From assembly GCA_051942205.1 (NCBI GenBank), contig JAVECO010000151.1, positions 1 to 58,422 of the forward strand: a stretch of DNA of 58,422 bases, read 5' to 3'. The notes beneath the pieces are model-generated. The model did no database searches. It was not told the origin of the DNA and was given only the letters and a program-made list of their open reading frames with translations. Position 1 is the stretch's first letter. Each line of letters starts with the position of its first letter. Shown piece by piece: positions 37,028 to 48,865 of this stretch. The stretch comes from Coniocarpon cinnabarinum. Lineage: Eukaryota. Made by a program: the position numbers and the translations under genes.

Positions 37028-38611
37028 ATGCATCCTTTGCTCCCAGAATTGCCGGAACCACCGCCAATTCGAAAATGCATTGTCACCCGAGGTCACCTCC
37101 CGCACCATCTTGATCCTCTTCAGCCACCCACAAAGCGCAAACCGCTGGCAACACTCGTGCACATGAAATGGTGTCATCATATGGACCTGTTGCTACCCAG
37201 TGAACTCAGCGAAATTGTTAAAACCCATTTGAGACGTGAGCTCACCCTTACTGGCCACACATTGTCATCCGGTGCAGCATGGCCTTCATCGAAATTCTGC
37301 AAAGTCTTCCTGTCTCTTTCCGACGTCTTGACTGGCAATTTCTTTACCACCTACGTCAAGACACGCACTGTCGCTTTGCGAAGCGAGGGCCGCGTCGGTG
37401 TCGACTCCGTGTACTGTCTTGTCCAAGGAACACTAACCCTCCACCTGCCTGCGCATATCTATCAGCGAACAGGGTTAGTTGGCAAGCCGATTGAGCACGG
37501 TGGCAGGAAGCACCAGAAAGCTTACTTTGAAGTGTCTTATGATCTCCGCCAGCCAAGTATGCTGCACGGTAAGCGCGGGTTTGAAAGGTTGGCATGGGCA
37601 GCGCGAAACGTCTTGAACGAGAGGCGAATGTGGGTGTTCTCTGAAGTTCCTGTTGTGAGTGGGCAGAAGAGGAATCTCGATGGGGATGTGAAAAATACAG
37701 TGATGAAAGAGGCGAGTGATGCGCCTATTGAGGCATTCCATCCGACTTGGTGCGAAATCAGCCCCGCTGAGACAGCAATAGAGGGCGTCATTGTGCCCAG
37801 CATGATCGAAGAAGACATTTGGAAAATGGCAGTTGTGGCGGATGGAAGTAATAAAAAGGAGCTGAGTGCTAACAGTGGAAATGGTGCTGTAAAAGAGAAC
37901 TTGGAGGAAATTTTAGAGTACCTTGGACTACTTGTGCTGGACTCACCACGGGTCAACACGAATGACCATGTGGACCCGTACATCTGTCGTTACGAGCTAC
38001 CAGGTGCAGATGAAGTCGACGAGGATACGATACCTGGCCGAGTGGACACCGTCATGAGACTCAGGTGGACTGGTTTTGTGCCGTGCCAAAATTTTGTCAT
38101 CGCTCTGGTAATGGCTGTCAAGAAGGCTCTCCAGCACTACAGTAGTCAGGCCAGCGGAGATCAAGGCGTGGAGAGTCTGCCCCGTATCGACACCAAACGC
38201 ATCTGGGCCGCCGTAATGACGCAAGGTGTTGATGGAGCGAATGCCGCGCTACTCATGCGGCATGAAAGCAATGTCTCAAAGGGTCCCGGGAGCTCGCAAG
38301 CCGAAGCAGCGCAGGATCCTGAAAGTGTGGAGGCAAGAGGGAGCAATGACGTTAAGAAAGAAGCACCAGAAGATGCCAGAGACGCAGACGGCCAGGAAGC
38401 GGTGGAAAGCAAACGTAGTCCAGCGAGCAAAAAGCATACAGCTCAGAAGCAAGGTTCTGTAGCATTCATTGAATGGGATCATCAAAGCTATACGCCTTCA
38501 TGTTGCAGTCTGCATTACAGACTGCTCAACCTTCTCCTCAAGGCAAGGTCGAGCGTCTTGCTCATAGCGACCGCTAGCTCATCATCATTTCTAGAAAGCT
38601 CTCGTGCCTGA
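37028..38611 (+). CDS. RPP40: Ribonuclease P/MRP subunit p40
   Basis: KCIVTRGHLP...DPLQPPTKRKP, YQRTGLVGKP...GGRKH, DLRQPSMLHGKRGFERLAWAARNVL, LDSPRV...DHVDPYICRY, LRWTGFV. First ATG at 37028; the true 3' end is uncertain. Confidence 0.85.
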   Translation: MHPLLPELPEPPPIRKCIVTRGHLPHHLDPLQPPTKRKPLATLVHMKWCHHMDLLLPSELSEIVKTHLRRELTLTGHTLSSGAAWPSSKFCKVFLSLSDVLTGNFFTTYVKTRTVALRSEGRVGVDSVYCLVQGTLTLHLPAHIYQRTGLVGKPIEHGGRKHQKAYFEVSYDLRQPSMLHGKRGFERLAWAARNVLNERRMWVFSEVPVVSGQKRNLDGDVKNTVMKEASDAPIEAFHPTWCEISPAETAIEGVIVPSMIEEDIWKMAVVADGSNKKELSANSGNGAVKENLEEILEYLGLLVLDSPRVNTNDHVDPYICRYELPGADEVDEDTIPGRVDTVMRLRWTGFVPCQNFVIALVMAVKKALQHYSSQASGDQGVESLPRIDTKRIWAAVMTQGVDGANAALLMRHESNVSKGPGSSQAEAAQDPESVEARGSNDVKKEAPEDARDADGQEAVESKRSPASKKHTAQKQGSVAFIEWDHQSYTPSCCSLHYRLLNLLLKARSSVLLIATASSSSFLESSRA

Positions 38612-41600
38612 TTAATCAGTGGCGCCAAAGCGTCCAGGATCCCTGGCCATCCGGGTGCGATGCTATCGAAGTTGGGCAAAACACTTCCGACGTGACTCGA
38701 GTCGTACAATTCGCGAATGCGCTGTAGAATGTGTAATAACTCCAAGCGCTGACTCATTGGTGTAGGCATACGTCCGCGCAAAGGCTGATCGGCGATATAT
38801 CTTTTCAACGGTATCGAGCTGCGGATGAGCAGAGTTTGGTGGGAAATTGGAGCCAGTAAAGCCTGTTGCCGGTCCACAACTTGCTTGCCATCGGGATGAG
38901 CAGCGGTGAGATTTGCCGAAGTTGCAATGTCAAACAGCTCGTCAAAGCACGAATAACACATCCTCACGCGCGGGTCGAAATCTGGATCATACGTCCGCCC
39001 GGGACGAACGTCGCTCAGTAGCTTAGGACCCTTTCCTAAGAGCGCAGACAGCGACTCCGAGCTGCTGTCAAATGGTGATGCATGAAGTGTCGAGGCTTCG
39101 TTTAGAATCTGAATATATCGCATTCGTTCGTCGTCAAGATCATTCATAGAATCAAGTATGGGGGTTAAAAGACTGCGCAGCTCAGTGACCGCATCGAGAT
39201 CGAATGTCTCATCGGGGACGACTGCAATGTCAGGTGGCCCATCTTCGCAATCCGCGGCCTGCACCGCACCGACAAGGTCAATGACGCAACGATAAAACTG
39301 GTTCGACTGGATTTTCGGCTCCTGGCTATTGGCCGCGGTCATGACGCTTCTAAGCATTGACAATGACGACCACGTAGCTGCTTGCCACAGAAACGGCGCC
39401 TTTCCTTGACGCTGCCAAGTGTATTGTCTCCTGACAGACTCTATTAGTGCCTGCATCAAGACTGATAGAGCATCCTTATCAGATCTGACGATAGTTGAAA
39501 GGTGCTCTGCCACAGCTTCTGGCAGTAGATTCATAGCTCGTTTGGCAAGCGCAACGAAGGTTGGGCCTTTGGAACCAGATGAAGATGCAAGCGCATCATA
39601 TGGCAATCGTATGATGCGCGAAAGCTGATCGAGGATATTCGAAACATGATCTGAGGAGCCGCTCAGAAGAATTGTGTAAGTCTTGAGAACTTCATTCTGC
39701 AGTTCCGTGACTTGGTCAATGTCATTGTTATATCGACCAATGGCGCACGTTGACACGCAATCGTAAAGCCTTTCAAGGATCAAATCGACCTGACTACTCT
39801 GCATGCCGCCTCCAAGCTGTCTATGAATCTCTTGAATGCATCGAATGTAAGCAACGAAGGACTTTTCTTGGTCGGCAGAGTCTTCTTGATCCACCTCTGG
39901 ACCCCTGGGTATAGACCGCGCCCAAATCGAAGCGACTTTTGCCGCAGCAGTGTCTGAAATTTTGCGCCGCGGCAGGTCAGCGGCCAAGATTTGTTTTAAC
40001 GCTGCGTACACATCTCGTGAGATAGCAAAAGAGTCTGTGGACAGGTATACAGCGAGCACCTCGAGCTGCGACTGCCAAACATCTTCGAAGTCGGCAAGGT
40101 CCTGAACGGTGCTTAGACACTCCTCGAATACACGCTCGTAGCCTTCCAGGACAATTTGGGAGGTTTTGATGTAGCCTTTTATGGCATTTTGGCGGTTTTC
40201 GTCGTTGTTGATATTCGCGTACCTCCTACTATCAATTTTCATCATCTCGAAAAGGACTGTATGAAGATAGGTGCTGAGGGCTTGATCAGAGAGCTGTTCC
40301 TTGGAGCCATGAAAAGTGCGATACACGGTGTAGATTGCACTATTGCGCATGTCTGCTCGCTCGTCAGTCGACATCTGAGCCAGACGCTGTTGCAACGTCA
40401 TCCAGACATGTGACATAGCTTGCTGGTCTTTGTGCAATGTGTCGCTCTTCTGAGTAGGCTTGTCGGCTTCCAGCTGAATCTTCGGGATCTGCTTTCGAAG
40501 ATAGTCCGATATGTTCCAGAAATGCGTTACGACCGTGAGTGATATATTCATGTCCAGCGTTTGCTGACCAAATCTTGTGAGAAGATCAACAAGTGTGAGT
40601 ACATTGTGGTATGAGAGACTGCTCATGAAGTCGGAGCAAACGAGCTGCAGGGAAGCAAAAGAAGATCGTGCGAGCTTTGCTGACAATGGTCGGCTGCTCA
40701 AGTCTGACATCGACCCTTCTTCAGAAACAGCGACGCTGCTTTTGATGCGGTCGGAGTTTATGATGAAAGCGCTGCCAGCGATTTCAAATATTAAATTCCA
40801 TCCCGTGATGATGGAGTCACCACAGTGATCCAGGGTCGAATGTAAGGCGTCCAGTACCATTTGCTGGATATCAGCATCACTCGTGTCGAACACATCCTTG
40901 GAACTTTGAGGCAATGCCCGAATCTGCCTTTGAAGGGCGTCGAAAGCACGCTGCTGGATGCCTTGACGTGTTTCCTCGCTCGAATTTGCGTTTGTGATAC
41001 AAATCTCGGCAGCCAGCCGGGTGACAACATCAGCGGATGCTTTTCTTGTACGATCTTCTAAATCTCTCGAAGAAGTTACTTGTGTCAGCGTTGCAATGAT
41101 CATGTCCCATCCGTCCTCGGGACACTCGCTCAACCGACGCAGATTAGCTGCAGCAGTTTCGCCTATCTTCAAAACAGCGAAGTGGCTGTATTCGGGCTGA
41201 ATGATTGCATTGCTACTGAGACCAGAGACACTCGGTACGCGTCTTGAAGACTTCGTAGGCGCAGCGAGATTTTGCAACGATTTGATTGGAGTCTGTGTCT
41301 CAGTTCTGCCATCGGCTTGTACAAGGCTGCATAATGCAGTCAGTAGAGATCGAAAAGCGTCCGCTGGATAATCAGCAGTAGATTGAAATAGTCTCGTAAT
41401 AGCGCTTTCCACAGCTGATATTTCCGATCCGAGGGTAAGTAAAGCACCAGATGCGTCTGCTTGAGAATGAGCAACTTTGTAATCTTGTGCAGTTGCTACA
41501 GTCTGAGAGGCTGATAGTACGACGTGTGCTTTTTGAATACTATCAAGCACGATAGACCATGCCTCAGCTAAAATCGGACCGAGCGCAATGGCAAGGTGCA

Positions 41601-43823
41601 CTAATGCTCGAAGACACATGAGATTTCTCTGTGTTAACGTTGGTAGTGTAGCATCAAGAGAGCTTCGGCGGGATCTCGCTGACGTCCCCGATTCGGAAGA
41701 AGTAAAGGCTTCTGCCATTGGAAAAGGAAAGCCCCTTGAACGAGAATTTACTCCTGTGGCAGTCACCCCCAGAGTGGGCGATGAAACGACAGACTCATTG
41801 CTGAGTAAGCTTGAAGGGACCGCAAACTTTGCAATGGAAGTCAGGAGGGCGTCGCGGGGTGTAGACAGTCGCAAGATGCCTGCAACTTGCGTAAACTTTT
41901 GGAAGCCTCGCACCAGTCCCCTGTAGAAATCTGTATCTAAGGCGGCGTTGAAAAAGGTCGAAGCGGTCGCAAGTATGGCCGGCCAGCAATGGTCGATGAC
42001 AGAAGCAACTACTTTGATTGCGCCGTGCGCAGGATGGCCTTCCATATCAAGAGGATTGGTTGGTATAGAGCGCGAGCGATTGGACCGAATTGACGATTGC
42101 CTCTTTGGATGCTGGGTGATTGGAGGCGATTGTTGTGGTTCGCTATTATTCTCACCGTTCTCCCTCTGAGATGGACTTCTCGTCCTGCGCGACCTGTTAG
42201 AGTGCATAACCACTGGCAACACAACCCTCGCAAGCAAGTCTGATAGCTGGTTCACGCAAGTCAGAACCAGGCTGTATATATATGTTTCTGGCACAGTGGG
42301 AGCATCAGGTTTGTCAAGCTGATCCATACAAGGCACCTTCATGGAACTCCATTCCATGCTGATACCTGGTACGTTTCTCTCGCCAACGCCGAAGTCACCA
42401 CCAATCATTCCAGCCGCAGCTTCTGCACCTAATACTGCTTGATCTTTAGATGAATCGGGATCCTTGCTGGCCGGAACTGTCGAAGACTGTCCAAGGCCAA
42501 TAAGCGCAGGTCTTTCCGAGGCTAGTCGTACGAAAAGCGCTTGATTGTCCTGTATCACGTTTCGCTTGTTCGCATCAAGGTCATACCTCGAGTAGATTTC
42601 AATGAATAGGTCTGAGTTCGAATAGAGTAGTCGAAAGACTTCCATACACAGCGCGCGCCGCCATTGCTGCAGATTTTCAGTCTCGATAATATGATTCAAC
42701 AACCCAAAGGAGACCTCGCACTCAGTATGTATGACCCCAAGATGTTCGCGCATCAAGATGCACAGCAATCGCATTGCACGAACGGTCACTGTGAAGCTGT
42801 AGCGCTCTGCAAGGCAACTGTTCACGAGCGGCATCACTCGATTCAACAGCAGATCAGACTGCTCGAGATGATCACTGAAGACCCCGGCATGATTGAGCAG
42901 CAATGCTTCGATAAGCTCCAGGCCGAATGCTGGCGCAATCGATGCTTTGGTCAGGAACTGAGGTTGCTGACCCTCTATGATGAGGCACATATCTTGCAAT
43001 ATCCTGTAGGCATCGTACGCCGCAGACCGGACTGGTATGCTTTCACCGCCAATAGCTATACCTTCGATGGGTGCTATATCATCGGCCACTTCTGCACAAA
43101 GAATTAGTTGCATTATTGCAGGGGTACATGATTTGCACACCGTCTTCAGCCTCGACCTTGTCATATAACGAAGAGATCGTTTGCTGCAACGTAGCGGAAG
43201 CAGTACTGCTTACAGCGCTATTCTTGACCTGCTGCAAGGCAGTGCAGATGTGCACAATGATGAATTGAAGCTCATCTTCAAGTACCTCTGCGTAACCCTG
43301 GAGCAGGGATGGAAGCGCTTGCAAAATCTTCAATTGCACATCAAGACCTGAAATGCGATGAGCATTGCTATGGATCTTCGGACATTCAAAACATACCACT
43401 GCTGGTACAATCTTGAAAAGCTTGCAGCACCTCTTTGAGGCGTTCTGGAGGAAGACCAGCCCCAACAATGAGTCGCTGCAGGCCGCTGACTGCTGGGCCA
43501 ATCGCTTTCGGCTGGCGACCCTTGCATGCTGCAATAAATGGATTGATGAAGTGCGGCCGACGCCTTAAGTCTCGATGAGCGTGAGTGCCAAAGACGAGCC
43601 ATCGCGCACGCCAGTTAATTACCTGCGGCAAGTTGGGCTTCTGATGTCGAGGGTAAAGCCTTCAAGTCCTGTAGTGATTGTTCTGCGGCCTATTCCATCC
43701 CATCAAAACATGGACTTCGATCAAAATCTCTTTGTCAACACCTACTACTCGTATATCAGGTGCCTTCTTTTTCGTTTCCGAAATAATGGTCGCAAGGTCC
43801 ACGCTCAAGATTTGAGCAGTCAT
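38515..43823 (-). CDS. MON2: Endosomal/Golgi Arf-GEF-like scaffold Mon2, 5 exons
   Basis: Spliced N-terminus MTAQILSVDLATIISETKKK...DLRRRPHFINPF, LDVQLKILQALPSLLQ, VPCMDQLDKPDAP, NISLT...FWNISD, YIADQPLRGRMPTPMSQRLEL. Confidence 0.93.
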
Positions 43824-44131
43824 AGTCGCAACAGTCCGCCTGTAAGCGCTTCTGGACCAGCATACTGATTTTCAGGCATGACCAGGGCGTTGAAAACAGT
43901 GTAGAATGGGAAGTAGAAGAAGCAATCCCCAGTTACTTAGTTCTTTGAATAGATACTGAGCATCTCAAATTTAGCTGCCTGAGAATCTAGGCTGTAATTT
44001 TCTCCGCGTACCTAGCGTGCTTGAGCTACTGCGGAGCTTTTTTGGCTGACCTTTGTCCAATTGGCCTCTCGAAGCTATCAAACCTCCGCTGAGGCCTTTC
44101 ACTCATTCGTTAGCAAGCAAAGTCCAGTCCA

Positions 44132-44708
44132 ATGGGTGCTAAGATACCTCGAAACTTCCGACTACTGGATACGTTACTCCCAGAACCGACCCGCAAACCA
44201 ATCTAACGCCCACTTACAGGAGCTCGAGAAAGGCGAAAAGGGGCTTGGGGCCGAAGCATGCTCGTATGGACTAGAAAACGGCGATGATCTCCTCATGTCC
44301 GACTGGAACTGCACGATCCTTGGTCCTCCTCATGTAAAGCTGTCTCCAGCGCAACATCAATGGCCAAGCTGACCGTGGCCCCACGTAGAGCGTACACGAG
44401 AACCGCATATACAACTTGAAGATGCACTGCGGTGACAACTACCCGGACGTTCCGCCTGATGTGACCTTTGTTTCGAAGATCAACCTGCCGTGTGTGGACC
44501 AGCAGACAGGGAAGGTAGATCCAGCCAAACTGCCTTGTCTGGTGCAGTGGAAGAGAGATTTCAATATGGAAACAATCTTGATTGAGCTAAGGAGGTTCGT
44601 CAGAGCCCCGCAATACTGGTGATGTGCTCACGAGGTCTGCGCAGGTACATGGCTCTTCCAGATCATAAGAAGGCACCACAGCCAGAAGAAGGGTCTACCT
44701 ACAGCTGA
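44132..44708 (+). CDS. MMS2: Ubiquitin-conjugating enzyme variant Mms2/UEV1; exons 44132-44168, 44218-44333, 44389-44594, 44645-44708 (first intron non-canonical AT-AC)
   Basis: KIPRNFRLL|EELEKGEKGLGAEACSYGL, WNCTILGPPH|SVHENRIY, CGDNYPDVPP, FVSKINLPCV, IELRR|YMA...PQPEEGSTY. Confidence 0.93.
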
Positions 44709-45018
44709 TGAGCTCCAACATTGGCAATTGAATGACAGCCACGTAGCATTACGCATGATCGACATGAAGAAGAAGAACTGGAACATCAGAAGATGTTGAG
44801 CAGGTCGCAGCCACACGAGTCCATGCTTGTATCTGCACAAGGGCGCAACAGATGCATCCCGCAATTCTGCAACTGCGTCAGAGAAGAGCAGTGTGAGAAT
44901 ATAATGACATTTTGAGCAATTTGCTTTTGTCTATACCCCCTTTGTGCGTCGCGGGTATTTGGAGTTATCCTCTTCCCTGTTCTGTTCATCAGACTTGCTG
45001 GGCGCCTTTTGGCGGATC

Positions 45019-45939
45019 TCAGCGTCCATCACATCCCAACAACCCCTGTTTTTGTCTACCATGAAATACTGCTGTATCTCTCTTCTTCTCATCTGCGTCC
45101 AGCTTGTCCTCTATATCTGTACGCACCACCACCTTTTCATCTAGCACCTCCAAAAACACTTTGACTTTCAGCGCCAATCCCGCGTGCGCTGCATTCCTCA
45201 CGGCGCGCAGGGCCTTCTCTTCAAAACGTACCCGAGCCTCCCTCACCTTGCCGCCCATCAAATTGAATTGCCAACCACCAAGCTCGGTACTGACAGACGT
45301 CCGCAATACCAACTCCTGAATCCGAACTCCCACTCTCGACATTTCTCGCCAGTCCTTCTCCCATTGCCCGAAATCTCGGAGATCGAGACTGAGCTTGACG
45401 TGTTGAAGACACATGGACAGCTGCTCAGAGTTGAGGAATATCTGAAACGCTAGGAGGCCATTCAGCGTCGGAAAGATGAAGTTCGCGGATTGAACCAGGC
45501 CTCGCAGCCCCTCGTGGTACAATTGCCGACACGATCGCAAGAGAGCTAGTGGACCCAGCTTCGCCTTCAGGACTGAGACGTCGTAGCTCGGATCTTTGGT
45601 CCAGGGATGCCAATGGAGTTCAAGGAGATCTTCGTTGTTCAGATGCCTGGGACAATCTGAGAGGTGATTACAACGCCAAAGTCTGCCATAGCTGATCTGG
45701 CTCTGGCTGTGAGCATGAATTTGGTTGACGTTAAGGGTAACATCCTGGAACAGAGTGCTCAAAATCTGTAAACGGAGCTCAAGTGGCAAGTCCAGAAGAT
45801 GACTCGATTGCTGAGAGAAGTTGTTCGCGAGACGAAGAGAATCAGCATTGGTAAAAAGAAGGAGTGGACATGGTCTAGTCGATGTAGGAGAATGCATATG
45901 GTCGCCACCTGAATGAAGGACCTCGCGTTGACGATCCAT
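45019..45939 (-). CDS. Hypothetical protein with F-box-like N-terminal motif
   Basis: QQSSHLLDLPLELRLQILSTLF and LALLRSCRQLYHEG, a pattern typical of fungal F-box-like hypothetical proteins. A 5' intron is possible. Confidence 0.65.
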   Translation of the reverse strand: MDRQREVLHSGGDHMHSPTSTRPCPLLLFTNADSLRLANNFSQQSSHLLDLPLELRLQILSTLFQDVTLNVNQIHAHSQSQISYGRLWRCNHLSDCPRHLNNEDLLELHWHPWTKDPSYDVSVLKAKLGPLALLRSCRQLYHEGLRGLVQSANFIFPTLNGLLAFQIFLNSEQLSMCLQHVKLSLDLRDFGQWEKDWREMSRVGVRIQELVLRTSVSTELGGWQFNLMGGKVREARVRFEEKALRAVRNAAHAGLALKVKVFLEVLDEKVVVRTDIEDKLDADEKKRDTAVFHGRQKQGLLGCDGR

Positions 45940-46186
45940 AATCTCGGATGTCCAGCAAGGTCCTCACTGAATAATCTGGCATTTTTACACGGGCATGAAA
46001 GCGGTGATGAACTAGCACACTGACCCAACCGTGCTGACCGCTTCACCTCGTATCATTTAATCATCAGCAATCACGTGCGTCAGACCGCCCCATTAGGTAC
46101 GATGAGGGTGGAATCTCACCTCATCTGCCTTCTTCAGTACTACTGTTCGCAGCGTATAACTTACGCTACTTATACCCGTCCCGGCT

Positions 46187-48181
46187 TCACAGTCTCGGAA
46201 GCAGCATCTCCGCCCCCTTGTTTCCCTCTCGACTCGCCTCCTCAAGCAATCCCTTGCATTTCCGCAGCGTCTTCGTTAAATCCGCTCGACTCCCGAACCG
46301 CTCATTCTCCGCCAGCGCAAGAACCGTGAAACTCTCGGGACTAGTAGCCCATTGGCTAAGCTGTGGTTGGATGCGCTGCCACAGCATTTCGGGGAAGCCG
46401 TTGAGCCAGGGTACTTGCTTTGTTTTGCCTGTCGTGGGGTCGTAGGGCCCGCCTTGAGCGAGCGTCTTGAGCATTCGACCACCTGCGATGGAGCCTGAGA
46501 TTGCGTTTTCGTTGGAATCCTTATTAGCTGCGAGATTGGCGACGGCGGCTTGTGCTTCGGTGCGCGCTGTGGTGATGTCTTTGTCGTCGCCCTCGGCGTG
46601 GAGGAGGACTTCGGCCATGAACTGGCATCCTAGCGGACTTGCGACGAGCTCTCTTGCCCGGTGCTGGATGGTTGCAAAGATACCTCGATCTGACGTAGTC
46701 AGCAGCGCTTGAACGAGCTCTTGCTTCCTTGTTTCGTTCTGTTTCTTTGACGTCTCAGCTACTGCTTTTATCTCGTTGATTTCCTTCATTACGAGCTCGG
46801 TGGTCGAGCCGGGTTTGACCAGCCACTTGGGCGCCGAGCCATCTTCTGATACAAGCGGCCAAAGTAATGCCGCACGAGCGATAGGGTGTTTTGCAATGGC
46901 CGCGATTGATGCTCGCTGGTCGGACTTATTTTCTAACTTTTGGCTGAGCAACTCTGGAAATACGAGCTTCGAGACTAGTCGCGTGTCGTCCACTACCTCG
47001 TACATAGCCAGGAGCACGTGTATAGCGTTGGTGTCACAAGCCACGGTTTCGATGTGATCTTTATAAACTTTGAGCATGTTTCGGCGATCCTTTGCAGTCG
47101 CCATGGTCAGCGCGCGTGTCAAGACTCGACACCCAGATGTTGTGAAGGCGAGATTCTTCAGCAGGTCATAATCTTCTTCTTCATCTGGCACGAGTTGCTG
47201 TATCCAGTCTCTGACTGTCTCGCTCTTAGCGTCTAGTGAGCCATCAGCACCAGTGCTGATCGCAAGTGAATACTGCAGCATTGCATCATGCAGCATTGTG
47301 AACGCTGTCATCCGCTTCGAAACGAGCTGATTGATCATGTCATGCAAATGTTTCAGAATCGGCTGTCTTTTCTCTGGGCTCTGCTTCAGGATCTCCACAA
47401 GGTCGCTGTTGACTTTGCTCTTGCTACCTTCAGCAGTCCGCAACACCGAGAACTCAGCGCCATACCACTCCCGCAACAGCTTGGACTTCTGATCCGCAGT
47501 CGCCACCTGTCTGTACGTATCATCAAGGATCCAGCTCGCCTCAGGGTGATTGATGAGTCTTTTTACGTGTCCATAGAACTCCTGCACAACCATTGACCGT
47601 GTCTCCGCATCACCCTGCACCAGAATTTTGGCCACCAAGAACTTGCTGTATTTGCCCTCAACCAGCGTGCGATACTCGCCTTGTAACTCCTTGGCAATCT
47701 GCTTCCGCTGCTCTTGCGTCGCATATTTCAATGCCGTCTGGATCGTCCGCACGCTGTCATGCTTGAACACGAAATCCTTGACCTTGCCTGTTATGATCTG
47801 ATAGAGCTCCGCGACGAGTTTCTGACGCTCGTCCTTGGGCACGTGTGACTTGCGTCGGAGGCGTTCCCAGAGCTTTTTGGTGCGCTCGATCTCGTTGGCG
47901 TTGGGCTTGGCGAGCTTGCGCTGTTTTGCTAGAGCGCGTTGTTTGGCATGGGCTTCTGCTGATGATTTTGCTACGGGTTGTCAGTGAGTGAATGATTTTG
48001 AGCAGGATATGAAAGCATGTGGGAACCTACTTTCGTAAAGTTCTTCAGTCTTGCGCTTCTTGTCAGATGTAGCTTCATTGTCTGCATGCTTGCGCTTGAG
48101 TTCCTGTGATCCCGTCTCTTTCGGCTTTGAAGTGATATCGCTCTGAGTCTTCTTTTTCGTCTTCACGCCAGTGCTTGACAT
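46187..48181 (-). CDS. PUF6: Pumilio-homology ribosome biogenesis factor Puf6/PUM3, 2 exons
   Basis: Basic N-terminus, KLAKPNA..IERTKKLWERLRRKSHVPKDER, FVFKHDSVRTIQTALKY, LINHPEASWILDDTYR. Canonical intron at about 48030-47971. Confidence 0.92.
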
Positions 48182-48682
48182 CTTGATTGAAGAGATGCTC
48201 TGGGTTGAACCTAGCTCGAACTCAAGTACAGAGGGCAAAAGGCAAGATCCAATGAACACTCACGACTTTTCGCAAAAAGATAGATTAGATAAGATCAATA
48301 GAACAATTTATGTAATCATCTGCCAAATATTCTCGGTAGCACACAAGGGCATACAAGGAAGCTCTGCACGTGCAAGCTGACATTGGATCAATACCGGACA
48401 CGCATGGTAGCCCGTATACAACGGAGCTCTGTTGCATCCTTGAATTCCATGTAAGCTTTGCAGGCTATGCAAATCGATACTTTCATGCGTGACGCTGCTT
48501 GTGCCTATACAAGGACATCACAATTACATAGCCAATGCAGGTCTTTGAACGTCTCTAGGGGGCAAATTTTGATAATGACAATATATTATAATTGTAAAGT
48601 AAATTGCAAAAATGAATGATCTTCATTGGAGTGAGTTTGCCATCTTCCAGAAAACCTGGAAAACCCTGTTCTAACGTGGGGA

Positions 48683-48766
48683 CAGCCGATGGCGCAATGG
48701 TAGCGCGCAAGATTCCAGTTACCTGGAGTTTCCTTGAGGTTGGGAGTTCAAATCTCCCTCGGTTCA
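48683..48766 (+). tRNA. tRNA-Trp(CCA) with ~12-nt intron (48719-48730)
   Basis: A-box TGGCGCAATGG, D stem GCGC/GCGC, anticodon CCA at 48715-48717, T arm GGGAG-TTCAAAT-CTCCC, acceptor AGCCGA/TCGGTT, downstream T-run terminator. Intron TGGAG can pair with the anticodon loop. Confidence 0.9.
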
Positions 48767-48840
48767 AAAATTTAATTTTTTTGCGTCTGCACTTTCTTCG
48801 TGGCAGTTGGATAAGCTCTGCAAATTAATCTTTTGAGGGT

Positions 48841-48865
48841 GTGGATCACGTGGATCACGTGGATC
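48841..48865. repeat. 9-bp tandem repeat (GTGGATCAC) x ~2.8 creating two CACGTG E-boxes
   Basis: gtggatcacgtggatcacgtggatc read directly. Confidence 0.7.

Noticed and set aside
44169..44217. U12 (minor spliceosome) interpretation of the AT-AC intron
   Set aside because: The donor is ATACGT rather than ATATCC, and the branch point is CTAAC without the TCCTTAAC context, so the signals are U2-type.
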